DNA of 64,000 nucleotides, from NCBI GenBank assembly GCA_951406725.2, contig OX597816.1, forward strand, positions 132,246,001 to 132,310,000, given 5' to 3'. Each line of letters begins with the position of its first letter. The stretch's first letter is position 1. The position numbers and the translations under genes were made by a program. The stretch is from Octopus vulgaris. Taxonomy: Eukaryota. The notes below the pieces were generated by a model. That model was not told the origin of the DNA, did no database searches, and saw only the letters and a program-made list of their open reading frames with translations. Of this stretch, positions 52,373 through 64,000 are shown one piece after another.

Positions 52373-52745
52373 TCTCTCTCTATATAAACGGCAGTTTGTC
52401 TGTGCGTGTTTCTGTGTGTCTGTTTGCTTGTACCCTCACCCTGACCACGGCTTTCAACCGATTCTGATGAAACTTGACACACACATAGCCCAATGTCATA
52501 ATTCAAAACTAACGCAGCGAAAATTTTGAAAAGTTCCCCCAGTTCTGAAAAAAATCGATAAATTCGACATGGGGTCGAGAATCAGAAACACGAACCACAA
52601 ACTGTCTAGGGGACGCAACTCCACCTTTTTAAATCTCAAAAGAAATTTACCATCATTTTTTTCCATTTTTTTGGCTATAACTCTCTAAAAATGCTTTATA
52701 GTTATTTCCCTTACAAACCTGAGCAACGCTGGGCGATACTGCTAG
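52373..52745 (+). mobile_element. Non-autonomous Helitron
   Basis: Starts A|TCTCTCTCTATATAAA and ends CCTGAGCAACGCTGGG-CGATACTG-CTAG|T, with no TSD. Confidence 0.9.
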
Positions 52746-54012
52746 TAAAGGAATAAAATGAATTACAAAGATGAACCATGTGAAGGGACAGGGTGAATGA
52801 GAGGGGTTTTCATTCTATAGCTATATATCATTCATCTATTTTATGTCTCTTTTTCTTTGCTAGCATGGGTTAAATGAATGCTATCCATGCATTGTTTTAC
52901 AGTCAGATGCCCTTCTTGTCACTAGCCCTTGCCTGTTTTTCAAGTGAGGGATCTCTTATTCCTTACAGCTTCAAAGGTACAAAACAAGCAGACAGTTTGC
53001 TGGACATCATCACTTGTAGGTTGCAACCTTCTTAGAAGCAAGTGCAAATGTAAATACATACACATATTAGTGTGTGTGTGTTTGTGCGTTTCTTCTAGTT
53101 TCTGTCTGCCAAATCTACACGTCACGTTAGGGATGATAGAAGACATGTGCACAAAGTGCCACACAACGGGATTGAACCTAAAGCAAACTTCTCTATCTCA
53201 CACACATGGCTTGCCTCTATCTGTCTGTGTGTATATGTGTGTAATCTTTGGTTTGATTGGAATGTAGCAAAGGCATTATTATGTAATAGTATAGATAAAT
53301 TTTTATTTTATTTTCTCAAATGTCTGCACTTCTAAACTGAAATTTCCTATCTCTTAAAAAAAAAAAAAAAATTGTTGAATTCACTTGAAAGATGTTATAA
53401 AGCTAAGATCTTGGCCAATTCATTGCAGCTTATATTTTAAACTGTTATTCTTTCCCTTGTTTCCTACAACTCAACCAAACCAGTCTTAAGTACTATAGTT
53501 GCAGTAAAGCATCTGGCTAATTTCCAGATTTCTCTGACCTGAAACTTTTTTAGCATTATGCTCTCTCTTCAAAATATTTAGAATTCCCCCCAACCCTCCA
53601 TCTTTTCCATCCTTCTGCATTTTTCAGTCAGTACACTTGAAATATGTGTGTATGTATGCTATATCAATTTGAACCTGGATAGTTATGATACTTATTTTTT
53701 GTAAATTGTACAAAGTTTTTTCCCCTTGTTCCTACCTTACATAATGTTTTGTTTTTACACTTGCTTTTTAATTGTTTATTTGTTGCTATCTTTGGGTTTT
53801 TATTATAAAAAAATCATTTTTTTTCAACCCTCATTAGAAAAATATAAAAAAAAAAACAGACAAATTACGTTAATTCTTCTAAAGCCAAAGTACAGTAGAG
53901 CTAAGGTTGTGTGTGTGTGCGCACGCGCACACTCATACACATAAACATGCACGCACACACATATATTTTTGTGTCTATTTATATAGTTTTGTTTGTGTGT
54001 GTGTGTGTGTAT

Positions 54013-54043
<31 letters not shown>

Positions 54044-54487
54044 GTTTCCTTTCTATATTATTATTCTCTGGTTGATCATGACTCGTGCGGCCTTCGTAAA
54101 TGAAGGAATTACCTCTGCTGTCAGAAGCACTCAACTATTCATTATGTGCCAATGTTCTATTCCCCTTTCTACTAGCTATTCATTAGCTTTCTTTACAATC
54201 AGCATTTAATTAAACTTTATTTTTATTTATTTATTTAATCCTCCCTCACTACCTTCCTAAAATTGCTTAATTATTTACCTGAGATGAAAGAAAAACTAAA
54301 TCATCATCATAATCATCATATTGGCATTTATTTCTCCTTTGCTGGCATAGTCTTCTTTTTATTGTCCACAGTGCTGTGTTTCTTCATATATCTTACTGCT
54401 TTGTGATTTCATCTGTTAGAGAGCAAAAATTCTTAGGCCTGTTTTACCTGCATGTTTCCCTCCACATTTCCTGAATTATCAACTTGA

Positions 54488-54638
54488 CCCTTTAGCATTC
54501 AAACCAACCAGATATGGCCTCTCACACCTACCCTATAATGTCATTTAAACATAAACAGCTGCATCATCAAAATTATGAGATAATGCAATGTGAATAAGTA
54601 AGCATTACATTTGACAAAGTAATCTAAATATTAAAGGA
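54488..54638. mobile_element. piggyBac-like MITE, degenerate
   Basis: TTGA|CCCTTTAGCATTCAAAC... with internal sequence shared with 42310 and 57980. Confidence 0.6.
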
Positions 54639-55944
54639 ATGAAGTACTTTATCTTTTAACCAATTATTTACCAAGCATCGGCACTATTACATCTCTGAAA
54701 GAAAATGGATTGGCAGTATTGTTAGAGCATCAGAAAAAATGCTTTGCTGAGTTCAAATTCTACCTAGGTCAAAATAATACTAGAGTTCTCCCAAATTTCT
54801 GGTCCTATCTTTATGGAAAAAGTTATCCTGCCTCTTATTCATTTCTCAAAATTTCATGTTGCAAAACCAAAAGACCATATTTAGATTATTCCTGCCAACC
54901 CAATTATTACAACTCTTCTACATTTCCCATTTGTTTTTGGAAATGTAGTGCCATAATGTAATACCATAAATGAAATTTAGAAAAGTTTAAATAAAAATAT
55001 TAAATGCTTAAAAATTGTTTAATTTCTGAACAAATAAAATAAAATAAAATCTCTATTGAGCATTTAAATTTGTGCAGAAACCATCTTGATGTATCTGTTA
55101 TCAAGATGGAAGTGATAATAGTCCTACCATAATAACATTGCTTGTTATCAAATTGTGATATCATCAAATGAGTTGGTAAAGATTTGTAGGGGTTTTTTTC
55201 TTTTCATTTTTAGTTTTAAATTTTTACTTTGGTGTCTGTGTTTGTTGAGAATTATCTTTTGAAGATTTAATCTAAATATAAGCAAGGAATATTGGTAGAT
55301 AACAGATTGCAAGAAAAGCTATGTGTATGTGTTGTTTGTATGTTTTTTAAACTGTTACCAAGATATCTATTTTTGTTACTGATGTATATGTATTTATTCA
55401 TATGTGCATGTATGTTACATGCATAAATAGGTACATACTTTAAGTGTGTGTGTATTCTTTTGCTCAGGCATGCAAAAACGTCTTGTTTCTCTATTTGTAC
55501 AGATCATTATTGGCATTCATTTCTGCACATTGTGATAAGAAGACTTAAACTGAGATATGCATGTTAAGCCACTTGAATTACATGAATATTATTTCACTTA
55601 ATTAGTTTTATTTACTTTTTTAAATAGTTGCATCCGTATTTAAACAAAATATACTACATTTATGTATTTTTACTATTTCTGTATAAAATCACATCCAAGT
55701 GATTGTCAGATTGGAAGAATTTAAGTTATTGAAATTTTTCCATTCCATAAGAATATTTTATCTTCTAGAACTCTGCTGACTTTTATGTTTGATATAATTT
55801 ACTTTCTAAACAATAAATAACCTTCCAAAAGCCATGCACCTTAATTTACAATGAAATTGAAATGTATTATTCCATAATAATTAAAGACACAACAAGATAC
55901 CTATAATACTTATGTCAAAAATTAATATTCAGCCACCCACCATC

Positions 55945-56170
55945 TGCTGGCAGAAAATCCCCATCACTTAGGTTTTGTAGGCTTGTAAGCTTTATGGCAA
56001 CTTCATTGGTGTCAATGACACTAGAAAAGTACCCAGTGCACACTGTAAAGTGGTTGTTATTAGGAAGGGCTTCCAGCCATAGAAACCATACCAAAACAAA
56101 CATTGGAGCATGATGTTGTCCTTGGACCCATCAGATCCTGTCCAACCCATGCCAGCAGTTAAATGATGAT
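55945..56170 (-). repeat. Fourth interspersed retro-element family (family D)
   Basis: TGTCCAACCCATGCCAGCA and AGGAAGGGC.TCCAGCC motifs, with related pieces at ~44750-44790, 49070-49240 and 52850-52950. Confidence 0.55.
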
Positions 56171-57979
56171 GAGGAAGATGATATATTAGTACCGTTTTAG
56201 TTTTTTCTACACTGAAAAATTGTCTTAACATTTTGAAAAGTTTAATTCCTTTGATTCTGCACAAAGGTTCTATCTATTATTAAGGTATAAGGAAAATAAG
56301 TTAGTTCAAACAACATTGAATATAAGATATTAACAGAGAATAGAACAATTTAGAAAGAAATGAATGTCACAGTTTACTATTTTCCACGATGGTAATGATG
56401 AATAAAAGGAAGTTGAGATGTTCATTTCTTTTCAAAGTGATCTGTTACATATCTTGTATTCAATGATGTTTAAACTAGCTTTGTAGTTAACTTAAAGCTG
56501 TAAATAACACAGGACATCAGTTACATTGACAGAAAGCTGTTACTTGTTAGACTTGCACTCATCCTTACCTGTCTTTAGTTTCACCTGTTGTATTAATGTA
56601 ACATTCTATATATTTCACTTGTGACTCAGCTGGAGTGTGTGTATTGCTGTTTTACATCTATTTATTATTTGTTCATATGTGGAGGTGGCATTTACATACT
56701 GTTGGAGCATGTGTTTTTATGTGTGTATGTGTGTTTTTTGCAGCTGACTGTCCTTTTTACTGTTACCATCTTAATTCTGAAAATAAGATTGGACTTTGTT
56801 GTTACTTAGGCAGAGGGAAGCATATTTTAGTAGTTCGAAATTTTAATTCTGAAACATAGGGTCAAGAATTCACCTTCATGTCTCTGTAGACATTCAAATT
56901 TCCATTTTGAGTTTCCATTTTGTTACATCATTAATTTTTTCTTCTTATTCAACCCATCTTTAGTGAAAAGTGGTTGACTTTCCAGTATAGCAGAGTGTTG
57001 GGATACCATACTTATTCATGAATAGTTTGCATTAGTGCATAATGTGCACCTAATTAAGGGCAATGAAATTTCCAAAAAAAAATCTCGCACATATAAACTG
57101 CAGGTTTTTTAAAACTCTTTTTTTTTGTATATTTAAAATTGAATTTAATCAGGTTACTGTATATAATATGCCCAGAAAGTTCACACATCCCACAAAAAAA
57201 TTTGCAAATTCAAAAGTGACTTTTGAACTTTTACCTGTAATGTTAATGTAACAGAAATCCCACAGTCAGTATTGTGATAGACATTAAAAAATGCCTGATG
57301 TGTTACTTGTTCTTTATTGGTTCATACAGAACACATGACAAACAGTGAAACACTAAAATGTCACCTGTTGAATGAAGGATTATAATATAAAACATGTGGA
57401 TATCACAGTCATTCTTGACCATGCTATGTAAGTGAACTTCATAGTCACATGTAGAGAAATTGAGGGCAGTCTTACTTATATGGAAAGGAAAATGGAAACT
57501 AGGTGGCCGGTTATCATCTTGGATGTTGAGTTTGGTATCTGACTCTAGCTCCAAAATAAAAAAATCCATGCCAGAGTTAATGAAGGCAAATGATGTGGGG
57601 TTCTGCAATTTAAGTTAGAAGAAGAGCTGGTTAACTCAGTGAAAGAATGCTGGATGGTCAGTTTGGGAGTTTGTACAATTGATACACATTACCTAGGTAC
57701 TGGAAATAGTGGAAAAGATGAGAACAACCATACTACTAAGCTAGGCCACATCATACTACTAAACTCACACTCCTAAACAACGCTGACAACTTCAAGGCCA
57801 ATGTTGGGTGGAGTCATTGCTTTATAGAGAAACATGAGCTTTCTGTCTGTCAGAAACTCATGCCGCAAAAGTAGATAGCAGTGGATGTTGTGGAATTGTT
57901 GCCTCAACCTTCCATATGTAGAAATATAAAAGACATGCCCCAGAATGTAAACATTTTCATTATTGAATCCTTCTTTTAA

Positions 57980-58199
57980 TGCATTAGCATTTAAATAAGC
58001 CATATCTAGCCCAAATATTCTATCAGTTCTATGTTCAAACTGGCCAGATCTGGCATCTCTCAACTACCCTACAATGTCATTTTAAAAATATACAATAACA
58101 TCATTGAAATCTCATATATACAAGATAATGCTTGATTAATTCAAAACAATGTGAATAAACAAGCAATATATTGGCCAGAGTTATTTGAATGCTAAAGGG
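57980..58199. mobile_element. piggyBac-like MITE
   Basis: TTAA on both sides, with right end AATGCTAAAGGG|TTAA. Confidence 0.7.
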
Positions 58200-59894
58200 T
58201 TAAATATGTTTATTATGAAAAATGCAAGGTCTTCAACTCCGACAACAACTTTTCATTTGTATTCCTACTATTGATTACTTATTTATTTCATCTTCACATT
58301 GAGTAATTACAGTATTTCAGGAACAGATGTATTTATTTATTTATTTATTTCAGTTTATGTTCACATTTCAATAATAACAGTATTTATGTATTATCCTTAT
58401 TGATTATTTATTAATTAAATCTTCACATTAAATAGTTAAAGCAGTATTTTCGATAATGAAAGTATTTACATTCTAATTAAAGTATTTAAAGACAAGAAAT
58501 GTTTCATTCTGTGTTCATTTTCAGATATTGAAAGTATTTATTTACATATTTCTGTTATACTAGTATTACGGTCTAGTTTTCCGTACTTCCCTACTTAAGG
58601 TTTGACAGCAATAATTCCATTAGACAGTCTCATGTTGTTCAATCGTGTCTAGGGATTTCAGTAAAAAAAAAAATGATGATTTAAATACATGTGTTATTTT
58701 TATCACTGTACAAGATTTTTTCTCTAAATCTCTCTTTTTCAAAATTTTATTAGTGAGGTTTAAAACAATTTTTTAAAGTTATGTGTCTCCCTAATTCTAA
58801 TACTCAACCTTTTTTCCAATCAAGATCTTATTAAATTTAAACAGCATTTTAGATTTTCAGAAAGTGAAAGCATATTTCATACTACTCCATTCAGTGTTTC
58901 ATATATAAGTTTGTGAGACATAAATTGTGTAAATTTAGATCTTTAAGGAACAACAATTTGTTTTTAAATCAATAGAATTTAATTATTATGTATAAAGTGT
59001 ACCCATAATTTCTTGGTTTAAAAATAATATATACATATTATATACAAATAAGTATGATAAATATTTTGGAAAATTTAAGTTTATCTCTCTGTATCCAGAT
59101 TCAATTTTCTGCCAGAGTTATTTTGCCATCAGTTATTCCAAGTTGATAAAATATATACTATATTTACTGTCAGCCTTGTGGGTGAGCCCTTTGGGTTTCA
59201 GCAAATAAGTGAAAATTGCGTAAATTTCGTATTTCAGGAGCATTAACTAAATAAATAAAATAGCTTTTAAGCATGTAGTTAAGGTAAAATTCAATATGCT
59301 CCTCCCCTAAAAATTTGTGATCTTATGCTAATGTAATCAATCAATATTTATCATTCATTTAATGTAAGGGAATCATGTTTGCTTTAATTCAGATCTCACC
59401 ACACAAAACTGGAGATTCTCTTCCCGTTTGTTTATATTCATATTTTTAATGAATTGTACTCAGTTGCAGAAGGCTAGCCAATTCAAACATCTTCAAGTTC
59501 TGTAGTAGATGCCAGTTACTGCCAGGTCCGAGATCAAAAACTAAATTGTTTGACTGAACATGACACCCTTGAGTGTCTGTGTCACTTGTTAATTAGTTAC
59601 CTCCTGACTGCCCAATCCCACATAGATTAAAATGCAACTGGCTTTACTACTAAATCATTTTTTCCCCTTACACTCAATGAGACTAAATCCCACTCACCTG
59701 CCATTACTTGATGTTTCACTCTCTTGCTTCACCAGATTCTAATTAGTGTATAAGACAATTCAAAAATTTCTCTTAAAAATGTTTTTTTGTGTGTTTCTTT
59801 TTAAAGTGTTCACATGATTCACATTTATCAATAAGAGCTTTTCACAAATTACTTTTAATATAATACTTACACAGCAGATATTTTCTTTTGTCCA

Positions 59895-60048
59895 TCTTTA
59901 CATTCTGAGTTCAAATTCCACTAAAGTTGACTTTGCTTTTCATCCTTTTGGGATCAATAAAACAAGTACCAGTTGTACACTGGGGCCAAAGTAATTGACT
60001 AGTCCCCTCCCCCTGAAATTGCTAGCCTTGTACCAAAATTTGAAACCA
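59895..60048 (+). mobile_element. Family B SINE, CpG-decayed
   Basis: TTCTGAGTTCAAATTCCACTAAAGTTGACTTTGCTTTTCATCCTTTTGGGATCAATAAAA. Confidence 0.85.
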
Positions 60049-61482
60049 AATATGTAGATTATCATCTTCATCCTCTCTTTCCATTCCCTTGATATCAATT
60101 GCAGTAGTTTCTTTTGGTAATTTAAAATTCTCTGGTGGTATTTATAGTTTGTTGTTGTGTGCACCACAAGTACCCATGTTTATCAAGTAGGTCCAAGGTC
60201 ACACTCAACATTCCCTTATGTTCATACATATATTCCCTCTCATCCATCAGCAGCCATAATTTATAAGTTGTATTTAAAGACAATTACCTTCACATGCTAA
60301 TAGATGATTGCCAATGTAACTATAGAGAAACAATTTCATTCTGACAATACCCCTGCCATCATCACCTCCCTTTCCCTTGTCAGATGTTCTGCTGAAGCAA
60401 GATAAAAAAAAAAATCAGATCCACTTAATAGAAAGAGATGCAGGAAATTTAGGGCTATTATTTGAAATCTGAGTAATTTTCTCTTGTGTTCATTTGGTTG
60501 GTACAAAGTGACTTCTGATTGTCTTCATGTACTTTTCAAGGTCTCTTTGGTTGCCTATTGAACCTTACTGATAATGATAGCTGCAGTAATTGTTTAGAAG
60601 AATTGGAGGAAGATAAGAAAGCAAACAACTAGAGAATATAATAGGGACAGACAAAATAATCCCAAGAAGTGTTGAACATCTATGAACTATAATAAGCTTT
60701 TGGAAGAAAGGTAGACTTTATTTATAGATGAACTGTGGATAGATTGTGACTTAACCTTGGATTCACTCTGAATTGAATAGACCTATGATCAAAATTCTAG
60801 CTGTGAGCATCAGCATCCTGTCTTTTATTTAGAGATAATGTATCTACAACCAAATATTATGTTTTCTTCCTTCTTTAAGACAATATAGTGTGATTTGAGG
60901 TAAATTTGACTGATATTTCTAACAGTATGATTAACCAGTTTATTGCACATAAATTTTAACAACAAAATCTTATATGGACCCAGGTTGAGAACCACTACTA
61001 GATCTATGGTGTGCATATATATGCAGTGCAATTAAATTGAAAGCTTTGATTCACAATATTGTTCTTGAGTAGTTTAATCTTGACTCATCATGTACCAATT
61101 TCATTTCAGCATTAAACTTAGTTTAAAAATTATGTAAGAGACTTATTGCAGATATTTTTTGAAATTCAAATCATATGTTTACATAACAAGTGTATACTTA
61201 TCATCAAAGATGTATTTGGCTTATGTAATATCAGATTTGCCTAAACACCACTGAGGTTTTGTAAAAAACAATAATACAAATGGAATGACATTGTCCAAAT
61301 CCAACTGTTAATGGATAGTACAGTGACGATCTATAAAACATTCTAACTATTCTTCATTTGAGTTTTCTGGAATTAACATACACCTGAAATCATGTGTATG
61401 CTATATGCACATATTCACATGTCTGCATATGGCAAGTGCATTGCTTGTATGCATGCACTAAGTCTCTCATATTCACAAATCC

Positions 61483-61518
<36 letters not shown>

Positions 61519-61519
<1 letters not shown>

Positions 61520-61725
61520 GTAAATCCCAATAGAAGAACAAGTACAAAAAAAAAAACCCAACAATGTGAGGACGTGGTACATGTAAAGTATTAGCAGACA
61601 TTCGGGGAAGGAAAGAAAGGTGATTTAACATTTCGAGCTGACGCTCTTCTTTGGAAACAGGAAAGTTCAACAGAAAGGAAGACGGAAGAAGAAAATCGCC
61701 AATGATTCACATGTGATTACATTTT
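61519..61725 (-). mobile_element. Second copy of the Penelope-derived short repeat
   Basis: Aligns by eye to 51861-52055 (GAGGACGT, TTTCGAGC..GCTCTT, GGAAGACGGA, AAAATCGCCAA). Confidence 0.7.
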
Positions 61726-62526
61726 GAAAATATATATATATACATGCATACTCATACTCACTTGTATTGAAAAGCATTTTCAATTTTTACCATAAAATAT
61801 GCATGTAACAATAGAAATGTTTTTATGTAAAGCTTTTCAACTCCCATCTAATGTTTATTGCATGTGGCTTTTGGAATAAGCTAATCTTGTTATTCCTGGT
61901 GTATAAGTAAATATCCATGAAGATATTAGTTGGTTTTGCTTTATAGCTATTTCTCTTTCCTAAACTTGACTTTGAGCATGCACTTAAACACTCTTTAAAT
62001 CCTATCTCCTATCTAGTGTAAACTATGACGTTACTTGTGTTGGTTTCTCTAAAGTTCTTTTGTGACAGGCAGACTAATGAATGATCAGAGTGCAGTTAGT
62101 GAATGTTGTGTAGGATTTTACTGAAACCCAGGTGTCTTGTCAGCACACTTTACATATATGTAAAAGTCCTGGAGTCAAAGTTGAGGAGACTAAAGGTCTG
62201 TCTTGAAACTAAGTAAACAGCTTTCATAAATAGACATACAGGTGTGTGTTGTGTCTGTGTGAATATAGATAGCATATTCAAATTTGAATATTGTTAAACT
62301 TTACCTTTCAAGAATGCCTTTATGCTCAAAATTTTTCATGTGAAAATAGGTCATCATAAGTTTCAATAGTAAGCTACCTCCCACCACCACCAGTTTCCTC
62401 CATGTACTGTATATTTCATTTCACTGGTACTTGTGTGACTTTTTATATAAATAATCCATACAAAAGCTTTTTTTTTTATGTTTATTAATTTCTCTTATAA
62501 ATATGAAGTAAGAATATTGATTTCAC

Positions 62527-62727
62527 ATCTTGGCACAAGGCCAACAAGTTTGGAGTGGGGCTAAGTCAATTACATCTACTCCAGTACTCAACTGGTACTT
62601 AATTTATTGACCCCGAAAGGAGGAAAAGCATAGCTGACCCTGGCAGAATTTGAACTCAGAACATAAAGATGAATACAAAGCTGCTAAGCATTTTGCTCAG
62701 CATGCTAATGATTCTGCCAGCTCACTA
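62527..62727 (-). mobile_element. Family B SINE, CpG-decayed
   Basis: GGCACAAGGCC...CTGGTACTTAATTTATTGACCCCGAAAGG...GAATTTGAACTCAGAAC...GATTCTGCCAGCTC. Confidence 0.85.
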
Positions 62728-63209
62728 ACTTAATGTGAGGTAAAAATATTGATTCACCAGTTTAATTTTTGTGAAAGTATATGGTTGATTTATTGGTAAA
62801 TTGGCTTTTGAGAACAGTATATTACTGGTATTATCTTGCTGGAAGGCTCTCATAATTTCAAAAAAGTAGTCGTCAGTGATCTGCCAGTACTAATGATAAT
62901 ATCCTTTCATCTTTTTTTTTTTAAGAAAATGTAAAATATAAAGGTTTATGGTTGCTAATTAAACCAATTATTATTGACATTTTAATGCAAAGAATACATG
63001 TCAGAATAGCTATTATAGTATTTTTCGTAGCTTGTCGCATCAGTTGTTTTGTCTGGCTTATACCTAGTTCCTAGTTAGCATGGGTAGGATATCTCTGCAA
63101 ATTGAAATAATTTGCACAAATAAATGGGAAAGTTCATTTGGTTGGAAACAACTGCAATCACACACACACACACACACACAGCATACCATAATTACACATA
63201 ATTACACAT

Positions 63210-63365
63210 AGCTATGTGGTTAGTAAGTTTAGTTCACAACCACATGGTTCAGGTTTAGTTCCGATGTGCAGCACTTTAGGCAAGTCTCTGCTGTAGACTT
63301 GTGTCAATCAATGCTTTATGAGTGGGAATTGTGTAAATGGAATCTAGGTAGATACCAGTTATGTG
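63210..63365 (+). mobile_element. Family A SINE 5' half, diverged
   Basis: GCTATGTGGTTAGTAAG...CAACCACATGGTTCAGGTTTAGTTCC...GCACTTTAGGCAAGT. Confidence 0.6.
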
Positions 63366-64000
63366 TGTGTAAATCTTTATTTGACACAAGTAAGAGAAGA
63401 CAATTTAAAATAATGGCGTATGTATTTGTCTGTCTCTGCCTTTTGTTTGCTGGTCAGCACTTCAGTGTCAAATTGTATCTTTTTCTATTAACAAGGTATC
63501 TTAGCCATTTGATAAATAGAGATCAGCCAAATATGTACTGCACTGAGGTCAATATGCTTGACTGAAAACCTTGATAGCAGCTGTGATAGACAAGAAATCC
63601 GCATCTAATATATATATTTTTTATACATATGATTTTAGTTTTTAAAATTAAATTTTACTGAAGATTTTAAAAGGACATTAGAAACTCTCTCAAAATTATA
63701 GGTCATACTTTACAATTTCCATTTGGAGAACTTTGTAACCAGAGTTGCTGTAACTCAAGTCTAATCTGTATATTAGATTTGTTTCAGATATAATTATTTT
63801 TTGGATTTTCAAGTTCAGTCTGAAAATGCTGTTTAGACTTCACTTTCACTAACTATTTGTATTGTTTTGCTATTTTCAGTAACCATTGCAAATTGCCATG
63901 ATAAGTTGTTGGAACTTGGCCAAAGGAGCAGATTTAGTTTTGCTTGCTGCTACCTATTATCATTATTCTTCCAAAAGAATGGTGTGTCTTATTAGAAATC

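Overview
AT-rich, repeat-dense eukaryotic genomic DNA, probably an octopod cephalopod. That assignment is inferred from recognisable tRNA-derived CORE-type and Deu/Nin-type SINE families plus long (TA)n/(CA)n tracts and was not checked against a database. There is no intact protein-coding ORF: almost all entries in the ORF track are microsatellite or repeat artefacts. Bases ~1-28.3 kb look like intergenic DNA packed with transposon remnants (Helitron, mariner, L1/Tx1, hAT and other MITEs, SINEs). A promoter-like region and a probable first exon ending in a strong AAG|GTAAGA donor lie at ~28.4-28.74 kb (+). From ~34.4 kb to the end, CpG is visibly depleted, even inside copies of the SINEs that keep their CpGs upstream. 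This fits a methylated body (long introns) of a + strand gene whose identity cannot be read here. The most notable structures are: Penelope-derived inverted repeats with degenerate minimal hammerhead-like motifs inside the putative intron; a set of non-autonomous Helitrons that mix shared ends; a dimeric SINE inserted as one unit; nested TSD-flanked DNA transposons; and template-switch-like perfect hairpins. I found no convincing evidence for a wholly new biological system. Repeat boundaries are approximate unless a TSD or terminal motif is quoted.
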